From the NCBI GenBank assembly GCA_044224295.1, contig JBGAKQ010000003.1, positions 81,498 through 145,497 of the forward strand: a stretch of DNA of 64,000 bases, read 5' to 3'. Position numbers and translations under genes: made by a program. Positions 19,899 through 30,150 of this stretch are shown here, piece after piece (the first letter of the stretch is position 1; each line of letters begins with the position of its first letter). This DNA is from Lacunisphaera sp. GTDB lineage: Bacteria > Verrucomicrobiota > Verrucomicrobiia > Opitutales > Opitutaceae. A model generated the notes under the pieces. The model worked only from the letters and a program-made list of their open reading frames with translations. It was not told the DNA's origin and made no database searches.

Positions 19899-21398
19899 TC
19901 AGATTCCTGCCTTGCGCCGACGCTCGGCCAGTTCGGCGGCCATTTGCAGCGTGGTCGCCTTGTTCAGCTTGCAAAGCGCGATGGCCAGCGCGCCGCCGGC
20001 GAACAGCAGGCCGACGATGATCGTGCTCGTCGCGCGGTAGCCGGCGATGGCGTTCGCGGCGGTGGGCAGATGCGTTTCGTAGTCGAAGAGGCCGGCCATC
20101 AGCCACAGGAACATCGCCGACCCAAACGCGAGGCCGGCCTTCAGCGAAAAGCCGATCGTGGCGAAAACCATGCCGGTGAAGCGACGCCCGGTCTGCCATT
20201 CCGAATAGTCGGCGGCATCGGCGTACATCGCCCACGCCACGGCGATCGTCGGGGCGTACACCATCGCACCAAGCACCGCGATCGCCACCATGCCGATGGT
20301 GTTGGTGGGGCTGAGCAGGTACATCGCGAACGAGTTCAAGGCGCCGAGCGTGAAACCGACGCCGATCACGGCCTTCTTGCCGAAGCGCGCGGAGAAGGAG
20401 GCGGAGGCGATGATGACGACAATCGTCACGGCCGTGCCGAGCATGTTGATAATGCTGTTGAACACGTCCGCGACGTTGGAGTTGGCCGCCGTATCACGCG
20501 TGCCGTGCACGATGTACCCGAGCCAGTCGAGCAGCCCGCCGGTCTTGGCCGCGCCGCCGGTCGTCAGCCCGAGCTTTTCCACGAAGTCGAACATCGCGGC
20601 CTTGTCGGCGTAGTGGTGGTAGTAGTTGTAATGCGCGCCGCCGCGGAACGAGAGCATCGCGAAGTTGCAGACCGTGTAGGCCACGAGCGCGATCCACGGG
20701 CCGTTCTTCAACAGGTCGGTGAAATCCTGCTTGGGCGACGTCTGGGTTTCCGCCACGGGCTGGATGCGTTCCTTGGTGGTGAAAAACGTGACGAGGAACA
20801 GCACAAGGCAGAGCACGGCCCAGATCGTCATCGTGACCTGCCAGCCGTGCTGCCGGTTCGAGCCCTCGGCGAACTTGGCGACCAGCGGCAGGGTGAAGCC
20901 GCCGACGATGAACTGCGCGATGTTGACGGAGACGAAGCGGTAGGAATTGAGCTTGGTCCGCTCGTTGAGGTCGCCCGTCATGACGCCGCCCAGCGCCGAG
21001 TACGGCATGTTGTTCATCGAGTACAGCGTCATCAGGACGGTGTTCGTGATGCCGGCGTAGGCGATCATCATGCCCATGCTCCAGCCCTGCGGCGTGGTGT
21101 AGGCGAGGACCATGACGATGGCCCAGGGAACGGACGTCCACAGGATCCACGGGCGGAAGCGGCCCCAGCGCGACTTGGTGCGGTCCGCGAGCACGCCCAT
21201 GATCGGGTCGAACACGGCGTCCCACAGGCGCGGCCAGAGCAGGATCGCCGCCGCGGCGTTGGCCGAGAGGCCGAAGACGTCCGTGTAGAAATTCAGCTGG
21301 AAGAGAACCATCGTCATGAAGACGAAGTTCGCCGCCGCGTCGCCGGCGCTGTAGCCCGCCTTCTCGAGGAAGGAGAGTTTCTGCGGGGAGTCAGTCAT
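19899..21398 (-). CDS. Glycoside-pentoside-hexuronide (GPH):cation symporter, MFS superfamily (xylo-oligosaccharide/aldouronate transporter-like)
   Basis: [44 protein letters not shown] and [21 protein letters not shown] are typical GPH family motifs. About 12 TM segments. Confidence 0.9.
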   Translation of the reverse strand: MTDSPQKLSFLEKAGYSAGDAAANFVFMTMVLFQLNFYTDVFGLSANAAAAILLWPRLWDAVFDPIMGVLADRTKSRWGRFRPWILWTSVPWAIVMVLAYTTPQGWSMGMMIAYAGITNTVLMTLYSMNNMPYSALGGVMTGDLNERTKLNSYRFVSVNIAQFIVGGFTLPLVAKFAEGSNRQHGWQVTMTIWAVLCLVLFLVTFFTTKERIQPVAETQTSPKQDFTDLLKNGPWIALVAYTVCNFAMLSFRGGAHYNYYHHYADKAAMFDFVEKLGLTTGGAAKTGGLLDWLGYIVHGTRDTAANSNVADVFNSIINMLGTAVTIVVIIASASFSARFGKKAVIGVGFTLGALNSFAMYLLSPTNTIGMVAIAVLGAMVYAPTIAVAWAMYADAADYSEWQTGRRFTGMVFATIGFSLKAGLAFGSAMFLWLMAGLFDYETHLPTAANAIAGYRATSTIIVGLLFAGGALAIALCKLNKATTLQMAAELAERRRKAGI

Positions 21399-21412
21399 GG
21401 GGGTGGGATGCT

Positions 21413-21503
21413 AATCGTTCTCGTTCTCTTAATCTTTCTCTTTCTCTCGGGGCGTCGCAGTTCCTGACGGAGAGAACGAGAACGATTAAGAGAACGAGAA
21501 CGA
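21413..21503. repeat. Palindromic repeat family D, copy 2 (between GH3 stop and symporter start, same strand)
   Basis: AATCGTTCTCGTTCTCTTAATC ... GATTAAGAGAACGAGAACGA, an inverted pair of about 20 bp. It shares its arms with 3181-3255. Confidence 0.7.
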
Positions 21504-21513
21504 GGGGAATTGA

Positions 21514-23649
21514 TTAAACCAGCACGAGGTCCGCGCCCGCCGGCTTCGGCGCACCCAGCGCCTCGGCGCGCGGTCCGGGGGAAGCTGAGCCGATCACGAC
21601 GCGGTACTTGCCGGGCACGCGGACGCGATAGCCCTTGACGTCAACCTGCGCGAAAGCCTCGGGCGGCAGCTTGAAGGTCACGTACACGGAACCGCGCGCC
21701 GGCACCGCGACTTTCTGAAAGTCGACCAGCGTCGCCAACGGCGCGTCGGCAATTTCCCGCGGGGGTTGTACGTAGCACTGGACGGCTTCCTCCACGGCGC
21801 GCGTGCTGCCATTGGTGAGCCGCACCGTCGCGGTGAGCACATCGGTCGCCGCCAGACGGGCCGTTCCCAGTTTCAGGTCGCCATAGGAGAGCTGACTGTA
21901 GCTGAGGCCGAAGCCAAAGGGGTAGAGCGGTTCGACGGTCGCGTACCGGTAAGTGCGGCCGCGCATCGCGTAGTCGGCAAACGGCGGCAGGTCGGCGGTG
22001 CGCTTCGGCACGGTGACCGGCAGTTTGCCGGACGGGTTGACGTCCCCAAAGAGCACGTCCGCGACCGCCTCGCCGCCTTCGCAACCGGGGTACCAGACCT
22101 GCAGCACGGCATCGGCGAGTTCCTGTACCTCGGGCACGGCCAGCGCGCTGCCACCCGTGAGAACGACGACGAGTTTCTTGGCGTGCTTGCGCAACTCGAT
22201 GAGGAACTCGCGTTGCACGGCCGGCAGTTCGATCGCATCCCGGTCGCCGCCCGTTGGCGAGGCGACGGCGTCGCCCTCCTCGCCCTCGAGCGACGGATCG
22301 AGGCCGAGCACCGCGATGGTGATCTCGTTTTCGGAGGCCGTGGGGTAGGTGTAGTTCACGCCCGGGGACATCGGGCCGGAGAGCGGACAACCGGTGCGGT
22401 AAACGACGCGACAGCCCTCGGCGACCCGGCCGGTGATGCCCTCCAGAATCGTGACGAGACGCGGCGAGATGCCGAAATAGTTGCCGAGCAGCGCCGTCGT
22501 GCTGGCGGCGGTCGGGCCGCACACGAGCAGGCTGCGATGGTCGCGGCGCAGCGGCAGGAGGCCGTTGTTCTTGAGCAGCACAATCGATGCGGCCGCCGCC
22601 TGGCGCGCGAGTTGGCGATGCGGCGCGCTGTCGATGATCGTCGCCGGCGTTTCGGACCAGGGCACGCGATCCGCGGGGTCGAGCAGGCCGAGCTTGAACT
22701 TGGTCGTGAGCAGACGGCGCACGGAGGTGTCGATTTCGGCCTCGGTGATCAGGCCCTGCTTCACTGCGACAACGAGATCGTTATAAGTGCAGCCGCAGTT
22801 GAGATCGCAGCCGTTCTTCACCGCGAGCGCCGCGGAGGCCGCCGCGTCTTTCGTCACCTTGTGGTGCTGGTGGAAATCATCGATCGCGCCGCAGTCGCTG
22901 ACAACGTGGCCTTTGAATCCCCACTGTTGGCGCAGGATGTCGTGCAGCAGCAGCTTGCTGCCGCACGCCGGCTCCCCGAGCACGCGGTTGTAGGCGCCCA
23001 TGACCGCCTCGACGCCGTTGCGCACGAGTTTTTCAAAGGCGGGCAGGTAGGTTTCGTTTAGATCCTTCGGGGTCGGCTTGGCGTCGAAATCATGCCGGCT
23101 CTGCTCGGGCCCGCTGTGCACGGCAAAGTGTTTCGCGCAGGCTGCGGTTTTGAGATACTTGGCGTGGTCGCCCTGCAGGCCGCGGACCATGGCGGAGCCG
23201 AGTTCGCCGGTGAGCTGCGGGTCCTCGCCGAACGTTTCCTGTCCGCGGCCCCAGCGCGGGTCGCGGAAGATATTGATGTTGGGCGTCCAGAACGTGAGGC
23301 CCTGGTACTGCCCGCGATTCCCGGCGGCGACGGCCGCGTGGTGCTTTGCGCGGGCCTCGTCGGCGATCACGTTGGCGACGCGCTGCACGAGCGGGCGATC
23401 CCAGGTGGCGCCGAGGCCGATGACCTGCGGGAACACGGTCGCGCGGCCGTTGCGGCCGACGCCGTGGCAGGCTTCATTCCACCAGTTGTACGCCGGCACC
23501 CCCAGGCGCTCCACGGCGTTGTTCTCGTGGAGCAGCTGGTTGATTTTCTCCGGGAGGGTCAGCCGCGCGAGGAGGTCATCCACGCGCTGGGTCAACGGGA
23601 GATCGGGATCGAGAAACGGCAGGGCCGCCGGGGTGGCGCGAGGGGGCAT
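21514..23649 (-). CDS. GH3 beta-xylosidase/beta-glucosidase
   Basis: KINQLLHENNAVERLGVPAYNWWNEACHGV, FRDPRWGRGQETFGEDP, GHVVSDCGAI (nucleophile Asp context), and a C-terminal Fn3-like region. 711 aa. Confidence 0.9.
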   Translation of the reverse strand: MPPRATPAALPFLDPDLPLTQRVDDLLARLTLPEKINQLLHENNAVERLGVPAYNWWNEACHGVGRNGRATVFPQVIGLGATWDRPLVQRVANVIADEARAKHHAAVAAGNRGQYQGLTFWTPNINIFRDPRWGRGQETFGEDPQLTGELGSAMVRGLQGDHAKYLKTAACAKHFAVHSGPEQSRHDFDAKPTPKDLNETYLPAFEKLVRNGVEAVMGAYNRVLGEPACGSKLLLHDILRQQWGFKGHVVSDCGAIDDFHQHHKVTKDAAASAALAVKNGCDLNCGCTYNDLVVAVKQGLITEAEIDTSVRRLLTTKFKLGLLDPADRVPWSETPATIIDSAPHRQLARQAAAASIVLLKNNGLLPLRRDHRSLLVCGPTAASTTALLGNYFGISPRLVTILEGITGRVAEGCRVVYRTGCPLSGPMSPGVNYTYPTASENEITIAVLGLDPSLEGEEGDAVASPTGGDRDAIELPAVQREFLIELRKHAKKLVVVLTGGSALAVPEVQELADAVLQVWYPGCEGGEAVADVLFGDVNPSGKLPVTVPKRTADLPPFADYAMRGRTYRYATVEPLYPFGFGLSYSQLSYGDLKLGTARLAATDVLTATVRLTNGSTRAVEEAVQCYVQPPREIADAPLATLVDFQKVAVPARGSVYVTFKLPPEAFAQVDVKGYRVRVPGKYRVVIGSASPGPRAEALGAPKPAGADLVLV

Positions 23650-23677
23650 GAAGGATCTGCGCTCCGACGGCCGGGGA

Positions 23678-25006
23678 TCAGCCGTGGAGGTACGTATTGA
23701 GGAGGTTTTCGAGGTATTCCTGTTTGCCGGAGCGCGGCTTGGGTTCGCCGAGCTTGGTCAGGACGAGCTTGTTCAGCTCACGGAAATCGGTGCGGCCCTT
23801 CGCGATCGCGCGACCGTAGCCGGAGTCGAAGGACGCGTAGCGCTGCGCGACGAACGCCTCGAACTTGCCCTCGGCCAGGATCCGGCGGGCGAGCTTGAAG
23901 GCGAGGGCGTAGGCATCCATGCCGCCGATGTGGGCGTGGAAGAGGTCCTCGGGGTCGATGGACGGGCGGCGCAGTTTGGCGTCGAAGTTGAAGCCACCGG
24001 TGCCGAGGCCGCCCGCGCGCAGGATGGAGACCATCGCGAGCGTGAGCTCCTTGACGTTGGTGTTGAACTGGTCGGTGTCCCAACCGAGCAGCGTGTCGCC
24101 GGCATTGGCGTCGATCGAGCCGAGCATGCCCTGGGCAGCCGCGACCTCGATCTCGTGTTCGAAGGTGTGGCCCGCGAGGGTCGCGTGGTTGGTCTCGATG
24201 TTGAACTTGAAGTACTTTTCCAGGCCGTAGGTGCGCAGGAAGGCGATGCCGCTCGCGACGTCGAAGTCGTACTGGTGCTTGGTCGGTTCCTTCGGCTTCG
24301 GCTCGATCAGGAACTGGCCCTTGAAGCCGATGCTCTTGGCGTAGTCGACCGCCATGTGCAGGAAGGCCGCCAGGTGGTCCTGCTCGCGCTTGAGGTTCGT
24401 GTTGAGGAGCGTCTCGTAGCCCTCGCGACCGCCCCAGAAAACGTAGTTCTCGCCGCCGAGCAGCTTGGTGACGTCCATCGCCTTCTTCACCTGCGCCGCG
24501 GCGTAGGCGACGACATGGGCATCGGGGTTCGTGGCCGCGCCGCACATGTAGCGCGGGTTGGAGAAGAGGTTGGCCGTGCCCCAGAGCAGCTTCACGCCGG
24601 TGGCCTTCTGCAGGTCCTTCGCGTGGGCGACGATCTTGTCGAGGTTGCGATTGGATTCCGCGAGCGTGCGGCCTTCCGGCGCGATGTCGCGGTCATGGAA
24701 GCACCAGAAAGGCGCGCGGATCTTTTGGAAGAACTCAAAGGCCGCATCGAGGCGCACCTTGGCGATCGAAACCGGGTCGGAACCCTTTTCCCACGGACGC
24801 TGGATGGTGCCCGGACCGAACGGGTCGGAACCGACGCCGCGAAACGCGTGCCAGTAGGCGATCGAGAAGCGGAGGTGGGCGGACATCGTCCGGCCGTCGA
24901 TCACCTCATCCGGGTTGTAGTGCCGGAACGCCAGCGGGTTGGCCGAGCCGGGGCCCTCGAAAGCGATGCGCTTGATGCGGGGAAAATGGGAGCGGGAGGA
25001 TTTCAT
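23678..25006 (-). CDS. xylA: Xylose isomerase (class II)
   Basis: [36 protein letters not shown]-like [42 protein letters not shown]. 442 aa. Confidence 0.95.
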   Translation of the reverse strand: MKSSRSHFPRIKRIAFEGPGSANPLAFRHYNPDEVIDGRTMSAHLRFSIAYWHAFRGVGSDPFGPGTIQRPWEKGSDPVSIAKVRLDAAFEFFQKIRAPFWCFHDRDIAPEGRTLAESNRNLDKIVAHAKDLQKATGVKLLWGTANLFSNPRYMCGAATNPDAHVVAYAAAQVKKAMDVTKLLGGENYVFWGGREGYETLLNTNLKREQDHLAAFLHMAVDYAKSIGFKGQFLIEPKPKEPTKHQYDFDVASGIAFLRTYGLEKYFKFNIETNHATLAGHTFEHEIEVAAAQGMLGSIDANAGDTLLGWDTDQFNTNVKELTLAMVSILRAGGLGTGGFNFDAKLRRPSIDPEDLFHAHIGGMDAYALAFKLARRILAEGKFEAFVAQRYASFDSGYGRAIAKGRTDFRELNKLVLTKLGEPKPRSGKQEYLENLLNTYLHG

Positions 25007-25099
25007 CGGGGATGAGCGGAGCAGGGTCGGGGTAGCCGCTCAAGACCAGAGGTCGGCATTTCGCCGTCATAGTCGGAGTGAGACAACGGGTCGGCCGTG

Positions 25100-25112
25100 C
25101 TAACTATAGACT
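25100..25112. promoter_or_regulatory. Candidate operator CTAACTATAGACT in the xylA/LacI divergent region
   Basis: Shares CTAA-N3-TAGACT with 4872-4884. An AT-rich island in GC-rich DNA. Confidence 0.2.
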
Positions 25113-25154
25113 TGAAGGGCGTCCGCCGCGCCGCCGGAATGCCGGCACCCCCGA

Positions 25155-26243
25155 ATGAGCGAGAAACGCGTTACCCTGGCGGACATTGCCGTGAAGGCGG
25201 AGGTGCACGTGACGACTGTGTCGCTGGCGCTGCGCAACCACCCGCGTTTGCCGGAAACCACGCGCCGCCGCATCCAGGCGCTCGCGAAGAAAATGGGCTA
25301 CACGCCCGACCCGGTCCTGCGCGCGCTGGTGGCCTACCGCGGCGGCGTGATCGAGCGCCGCAACACGCCGACGCTGGCGTACGTGACGAACTGGACCACC
25401 CGCTGGGGTTGGAAAAAAGTCACCGCGCACCCGGACTTCTACGCCGGCGCGCTCGCGAAGGCCAATGAGCTCGGGTACAAACTCGACCACTTCTGGATGC
25501 GCGAGGAGGGGATGAGCCAGGAGCGCCTCGGGCAGATTTTGTACTCGCGCGGCATCAACGGCCTGATCATCGCCTCGCACGGCCGCGAGATGGGTGACGC
25601 GCTCGAGTTCGACTGGGCGAATTTCAGCGCGGTCAAGATCGACTACTTCCCGCACCAACCCGCGCTGCACAACGTCACCAACAACCAGTGCGACATCGCG
25701 CGCCTCGCCATGCAGAAGGTGATCGCCGCCGGCTACCGGCGCATCGGCTTCGTCATGCATCGCGGCTGGGACCACGCGGTGGACCACCTGTGGACCGCCG
25801 GATACCTGTGCGAGCAGCAGACCTTGGCTTCGAAGGAGCGCATCCCCGCCCATCTGTTTCCCGAGCCGGAGCCGGTCGAGCGCTGGTTGAACGAAAGTAA
25901 ATCGGACGTGGTCGTCGAACCCGCGTCGTTCGCCGCCTGGTTTCGGAAGTACCAGCCGGAAGTCATCATCAGCAAGGCGTCCTTCGTGCTGCCGACGCTG
26001 AAGGCCATGGGCGTGCGGGTGCCGCAGGACGTCGCCTTCGTCGATGTGTTCCTCGACCAGCCCGACGGCCACACCGCGGGCGTCCGGCAGAATCACACGA
26101 CCGTCGGCGCGCTCGCGGTGGAAATTCTCGCGGGCCAGCTGCAGCATAATAAATACGGGGTCCCGGAAATCCCCACGACGACGTACGTGGAAGGCACGTG
26201 GCATGACGGGGCGACGTGTCCGGTGGTGGGTCGGGATCGTTGA
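25155..26243 (+). CDS. LacI family transcriptional regulator (probable xylose/xylan locus repressor)
   Basis: N-terminal HTH VTLADIAVKAEVHVTTVSLALRNHPRLPETTRRRIQALAKKMGYTPDP, followed by a periplasmic-binding-protein-like domain. Confidence 0.9.
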   Translation: MSEKRVTLADIAVKAEVHVTTVSLALRNHPRLPETTRRRIQALAKKMGYTPDPVLRALVAYRGGVIERRNTPTLAYVTNWTTRWGWKKVTAHPDFYAGALAKANELGYKLDHFWMREEGMSQERLGQILYSRGINGLIIASHGREMGDALEFDWANFSAVKIDYFPHQPALHNVTNNQCDIARLAMQKVIAAGYRRIGFVMHRGWDHAVDHLWTAGYLCEQQTLASKERIPAHLFPEPEPVERWLNESKSDVVVEPASFAAWFRKYQPEVIISKASFVLPTLKAMGVRVPQDVAFVDVFLDQPDGHTAGVRQNHTTVGALAVEILAGQLQHNKYGVPEIPTTTYVEGTWHDGATCPVVGRDR

Positions 26244-26251
26244 TCCAGACC

Positions 26252-26412
26252 GACACACCCCGGCGTTTACCCGCCTGCGGCGGCGCGATAGGCGACCAGG
26301 GCTTTGCGCCACCCCTCTCAAGAGGGGAACTCAACGCCATAGATCCCCTCTAGAGAGGGGCCCGGCAGCCGTAGGCTTGGCGAAGGATGCTGCCGGCAGG
26401 GCGGGGTGTGTT
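26252..26412. repeat. Palindromic repeat family B (ACACACCCCG ... CCCCTCTNNAGAGGGG x2 ... CGGGGTGTGT), copy 1 (longest, degenerate)
   Basis: Outer arms ACACACCCCGG / CGGGGTGTGT. Inner palindromes CCCCTCTCAAGAGGGG (about 26312) and CCCCTCTAGAGAGGGG (about 26345). Confidence 0.75.
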
Positions 26413-26532
26413 CGGTTTCTGGTTCACGTCCCTCAAAAGAGGATTCGCCAGACCATCCCCGCCGGTTGACTGTACGCTGTCTTAAGCCGCCTTTTCGCTT
26501 CCCAAAATTCCCGGTTCGACAAGCCTGTTCCC

Positions 26533-27531
26533 GTGAGCGTTTACCTCCCTGACCCCAAGCGCTACGAAGCGATCCAATACGCCCGTTGCGGTCGCAGCGG
26601 CCTCCGCCTCCCGAGATTGTCCCTCGGCCTCTGGCACAACTTCGGCGGCGTCGACCCGGTCGAGAACCAGCGCGCGCTGCTGCGGCGTTCCTTCGATCTC
26701 GGCATCACCCATTTCGACCTGGCCAACAACTACGGTCCGCCGCCGGGCACGGCGGAGGAGAACTTCGGCCGCATCCTGCGGATGGATTTCGCCGCGCACC
26801 GGGATGAACTCATCATTTCTTCCAAGGCCGGCTATTACATGTGGCCGGGACCTTACGGTGAATGGGGCTCGCGGAAAAACCTCCTCGCCTCGCTCGACCA
26901 GAGCCTGAAGCGCATGGGCCTGCCGTACGTGGATATCTTCTACCACCACCGGCCCGATCCCGACACCCCGCTCGAGGAATCGATGACCGCGCTGGCGGAC
27001 GCCGTGCGTTCCGGCCGCGCGCTCTATGCAGGCATTTCCAATTACAAGGCCGCAGAAACCCGCCAGGCCGCGGCGATCCTGAAGAGCCTCGGCGTGCCGC
27101 TGCTCATCCACCAGCCGAAGTACAATATGTTCAACCGCTGGGTGGAGCCGGAGCTGCTGCCGACGCTCGCCGAGGTGGGCGCGGGCTGCATCCCGTTCTC
27201 GCCGCTTGCGCAGGGTCTGCTGACCAACCGCTACCTCGGCGGCATCCCGGCCGATTCGCGCGCGGTGAAGTCGGGCGTTTTCCTCAAGCCGACGCAAATT
27301 ACGCCTGAGGTGCTCGCCAAGATCCAGGCGCTGAACGAGGTCGCCCAGGCGCGCGGCGCGACGCTGGCCCAGCTCGCCACCAACTGGCTGCTGCGCCGTC
27401 CGGAAGTCACCAGCGTGCTGATCGGCGCGAGCAAGGTCTCGCAAATCGACGACATCCACGCCGGCTTGAAACAACCCCCGCTCGCCGCCGCCGAACTGGC
27501 GAAGATCGAGTCGATCCTCGGGTCGAGCTGA
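26533..27531 (+). CDS. Aldo/keto reductase (YghZ / Kv-beta-like subfamily)
   Basis: YARCGRSGLRLPRLSLGLWHNFGG, ITHFDLANNYGPPPG, DIFYHHRPD, ISNY. 332 aa. Confidence 0.9.
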   Translation: MSVYLPDPKRYEAIQYARCGRSGLRLPRLSLGLWHNFGGVDPVENQRALLRRSFDLGITHFDLANNYGPPPGTAEENFGRILRMDFAAHRDELIISSKAGYYMWPGPYGEWGSRKNLLASLDQSLKRMGLPYVDIFYHHRPDPDTPLEESMTALADAVRSGRALYAGISNYKAAETRQAAAILKSLGVPLLIHQPKYNMFNRWVEPELLPTLAEVGAGCIPFSPLAQGLLTNRYLGGIPADSRAVKSGVFLKPTQITPEVLAKIQALNEVAQARGATLAQLATNWLLRRPEVTSVLIGASKVSQIDDIHAGLKQPPLAAAELAKIESILGSS

Positions 27532-27572
27532 GTTCGCGTACCTGCTTTTCCCAAATCTTAAATGCAAACGCC

Positions 27573-27662
27573 GTCATTCTGAGCGAAGCAAAGAATCCAA
27601 GGGAGCGCTCGCCATGATAACGATTCGCGCCCACTTGGATCCTTCGCTTCGCTCAGGATGAC
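27573..27662. repeat. Palindromic repeat family A, copy 2
   Basis: GTCATTCTGAGCGAAGCAAAGAATCC ... GGATCCTTCGCTTCGCTCAGGATGAC. Confidence 0.8.
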
Positions 27663-27716
27663 GACAAAATAGTGTTCACCGCGCTTCGCGCTCATTCGCT
27701 TTAACCCCTCCCTCCC

Positions 27717-28754
27717 ATGCCCCGTCCAATCACCCTCTTCACCGGCCAATGGGCCGACCTGCCGCTCGAGAAACTGGCCCCGCTGATCAAGAAAATGGGC
27801 TACGACGGCGTCGAGCTCGCCTGCTGGGGCGACCACTTCGACGTCGATGCCGCCGCCACGTCCGACAAATACCTGAAGGACAAATGGGCGCTGTTGCAGG
27901 ATCACGGCCTGACCTGCTTCGCGATCTCGAGCCACCTGGTCGGCCAGGCGGTGTGCGACCTCATCGACGAGCGGCACAAGTCGATCCTGCCGGCCGATGT
28001 CTGGGGCGACGGCGACCCCGAGGGCGTGCGGCGCCGCGCGGCCAAGAAGCTCGCGCTCGCCGCGAAGGCTGCGCGTCGTTTCCGCGATGCCCAGCCGGGC
28101 GGCGACAAAAAAGCCGCGGCGGTCGTGAATGGCTTCACGGGCTCGTCAATCTGGCACTCGATCTACGCGTTTCCGCCGACGTCGCAGGCTTACTGGGACG
28201 CGGGTTTCGCGGATTTTGCGAAGCGGTTCGGCCCGATCCTTGCGGAGTTCGACAAACACAACGTGAACTTCGCCCTCGAGGTGCATCCGACCGAGATCGC
28301 CTTCGACATCGCCAGCGCCGAGCGGGCGATCGCCGCGGTGAAGGGTCACAAGCGCTTTGGGTTCAATTACGACCCGTCGCACCTGGGTTATCAGGGCGTG
28401 GACTACGTGAAGTTCATCCGCACCTTTGGGCCGCGCATTTTCCATGCGCACATGAAGGACGTCTGGTGGGGCCACGGCGACGGCACCGTCGGCGTGTTCG
28501 GCGGCCACACCAGCTTCGGCGACGCCCGCCGCGCCTGGGACTTCCGCTCGGTTGGGCGCGGGGACGTCAAGTTTGAAGACATTATTGTCGCGTTGAACGA
28601 CGTCGGTTACGCCGGCCCGCTGTCGGTGGAGTGGGAGGACATCCGCATGGACCGCGAACACGGCGCCACGGAGTCCTGCGCGTTTCTCCGCAAACTCGAC
28701 TTCGCCCGCAGCACGGTGGCCTTCGACGCGGCGTTTGATAAGAAGAACCAATGA
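27717..28754 (+). CDS. Sugar phosphate isomerase/epimerase (xylose-isomerase-like TIM barrel), cytoplasmic
   Basis: [45 protein letters not shown] and SVEWED fit the AP-endonuclease-2 / xylose-isomerase-like TIM family. No signal peptide. Confidence 0.85.
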   Translation: MPRPITLFTGQWADLPLEKLAPLIKKMGYDGVELACWGDHFDVDAAATSDKYLKDKWALLQDHGLTCFAISSHLVGQAVCDLIDERHKSILPADVWGDGDPEGVRRRAAKKLALAAKAARRFRDAQPGGDKKAAAVVNGFTGSSIWHSIYAFPPTSQAYWDAGFADFAKRFGPILAEFDKHNVNFALEVHPTEIAFDIASAERAIAAVKGHKRFGFNYDPSHLGYQGVDYVKFIRTFGPRIFHAHMKDVWWGHGDGTVGVFGGHTSFGDARRAWDFRSVGRGDVKFEDIIVALNDVGYAGPLSVEWEDIRMDREHGATESCAFLRKLDFARSTVAFDAAFDKKNQ

Positions 28755-28761
28755 TTTTCTT

Positions 28762-28823
28762 ACAGGAGGTCGCAGAGCACGCAGAGCTTGGATTGATTCT
28801 CCGCGGTCTCTGCGGCCTCCTGT
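28762..28823. repeat. Palindromic element family E (ACAGGAGGTCGCAGAG ... CTCTGCGGCCTCCTGT), single copy in the window
   Basis: 16-bp inverted arms with one mismatch, between the TIM-barrel and Gfo/Idh/MocA genes. Confidence 0.5.
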
Positions 28824-28841
28824 AGAATATTCCCCACTTCA

Positions 28842-29996
28842 ATGAACCGAAAACTTCGCTTTGGGATGATTGGCGGTGGCCGCGGGGCCTTTATTGGCGC
28901 GGTGCATCGCATTGCCGCCCGCATGGACGGGCAGGCGGAACTGGTCGCGGGCGCGTTCTCCAGCGACGCGGCGCGCTCGAAGGCGTCCGGGGCCGACCTC
29001 CACCTCGACCCGGCCCGCGTGTATGGGTCCTACCAGGAAATGGCGCGCGCCGAGGCGAAACGCCCGGCGTCCGAGCGCCTCGACTTCGTGGTGATCGTCA
29101 CGCCGAACCACCAGCATTTCCCGCCGGCGAAACTGTTCCTCGAGTCCGGCTTCAATGTCGTGTGCGACAAGCCGGTGACGTTCAACCTCGCGGAGGCGAA
29201 AAAACTCGAGGCCATCGTCCGCAAGACCAAGAAGGTCTTCGTCCTGACCCACAACTACACCGGCAACGCCATGGTGAAGCAGGCGCGCGCGCTGGTGGCC
29301 GAAGGAAAGCTTGGGAAGATTCGCAAGATCGTCGTGGAGTATCCGCAGGGCTGGCTCGCCACGCGGTTGGAGACCACCGGCCAGAAACAGGCCGGGTGGC
29401 GGACGGACCCGAAGCGCAGCGGCGCCGCGGGTGCGATGGGTGACATCGGGACACATGCGGAGAACCTGGCGCGTTACATCACCGGGCTGCGGATCGCCGA
29501 ATTGTGCGCGGACCTGACCACTTTTGTCGCGGGCAGAAAACTTGATGACGACGGCAACATTCTGGTGCGGTACCGCGGCGGCGCGAAGGGCGTGTTGCAC
29601 GCCTCGCAGATTTCCGTCGGCGAGGAGAACAACCTGAACATCCGGGTCTATGGCGAGAAGGGCGGCCTTGAATGGAAACAGGAGCACCCGAACGAGCTGA
29701 TCGTGAAGTACCCCGACCGGCCGGCGGAGACCTGGCGGCGTGGCAACGGCTATGTCGGTCCGGCGGCCGCCAGGGCCACGCGCATCCCGCCGGGCCACCC
29801 GGAAGGCTACCTCGAGGCGTTCGGCAATGTTTACCGCGAGGCCTTCCGCGCCATTGCCGCCGAAGTCGCGGGAAAGCCGCTGCCGCGGGACCTGGATTTC
29901 CCGACGATCGCCGACGGCGTCGAGGGCATGCAGTTCATCGAGACCGCCGTCCGCAGCGCCAAGCTCGGCGCGAAGTGGGTGAAGTTTCCCGAGTGA
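28842..29996 (+). CDS. Gfo/Idh/MocA family NAD(P)-dependent oxidoreductase
   Basis: N-terminal Rossmann [22 protein letters not shown] and the VCDKPV motif (the EKP-like context of this family). 384 aa. Confidence 0.9.
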   Translation: MNRKLRFGMIGGGRGAFIGAVHRIAARMDGQAELVAGAFSSDAARSKASGADLHLDPARVYGSYQEMARAEAKRPASERLDFVVIVTPNHQHFPPAKLFLESGFNVVCDKPVTFNLAEAKKLEAIVRKTKKVFVLTHNYTGNAMVKQARALVAEGKLGKIRKIVVEYPQGWLATRLETTGQKQAGWRTDPKRSGAAGAMGDIGTHAENLARYITGLRIAELCADLTTFVAGRKLDDDGNILVRYRGGAKGVLHASQISVGEENNLNIRVYGEKGGLEWKQEHPNELIVKYPDRPAETWRRGNGYVGPAAARATRIPPGHPEGYLEAFGNVYREAFRAIAAEVAGKPLPRDLDFPTIADGVEGMQFIETAVRSAKLGAKWVKFPE

Positions 29997-30116
29997 ACCG
30001 GTGGATCATTTGAACATTTCAACGATTTAAGCGGCGGCCGGCTGGCCCCAACCCCCGACGAAAATCAACGATTGCCTCTGTCCCCGAACGGGGCCCGCTC
30101 GTAAGCGCGCGGCGTA

Positions 30117-30138
30117 TCGCCTGTAAACAGGCTCCTAT
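30117..30138. repeat. Repeat family C, solitary half-element (TCGCCTGTAAACAGGCTCCTAT)
   Basis: It matches the right arm of the family C palindromes at 54403-54479 and 55346-55421. I saw no left arm nearby. Confidence 0.5.
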
Positions 30139-30150
30139 CCGTACCGCCCC

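Noticed and set aside
23078-25015. 645-aa ORF spanning the antisense of GH3 and xylA
   Set aside because: It crosses the intergenic gap between two well-supported minus-strand genes and translates to low-complexity Arg/Ala/Val sequence. It is an artefact of stop-codon-poor GC-rich DNA.
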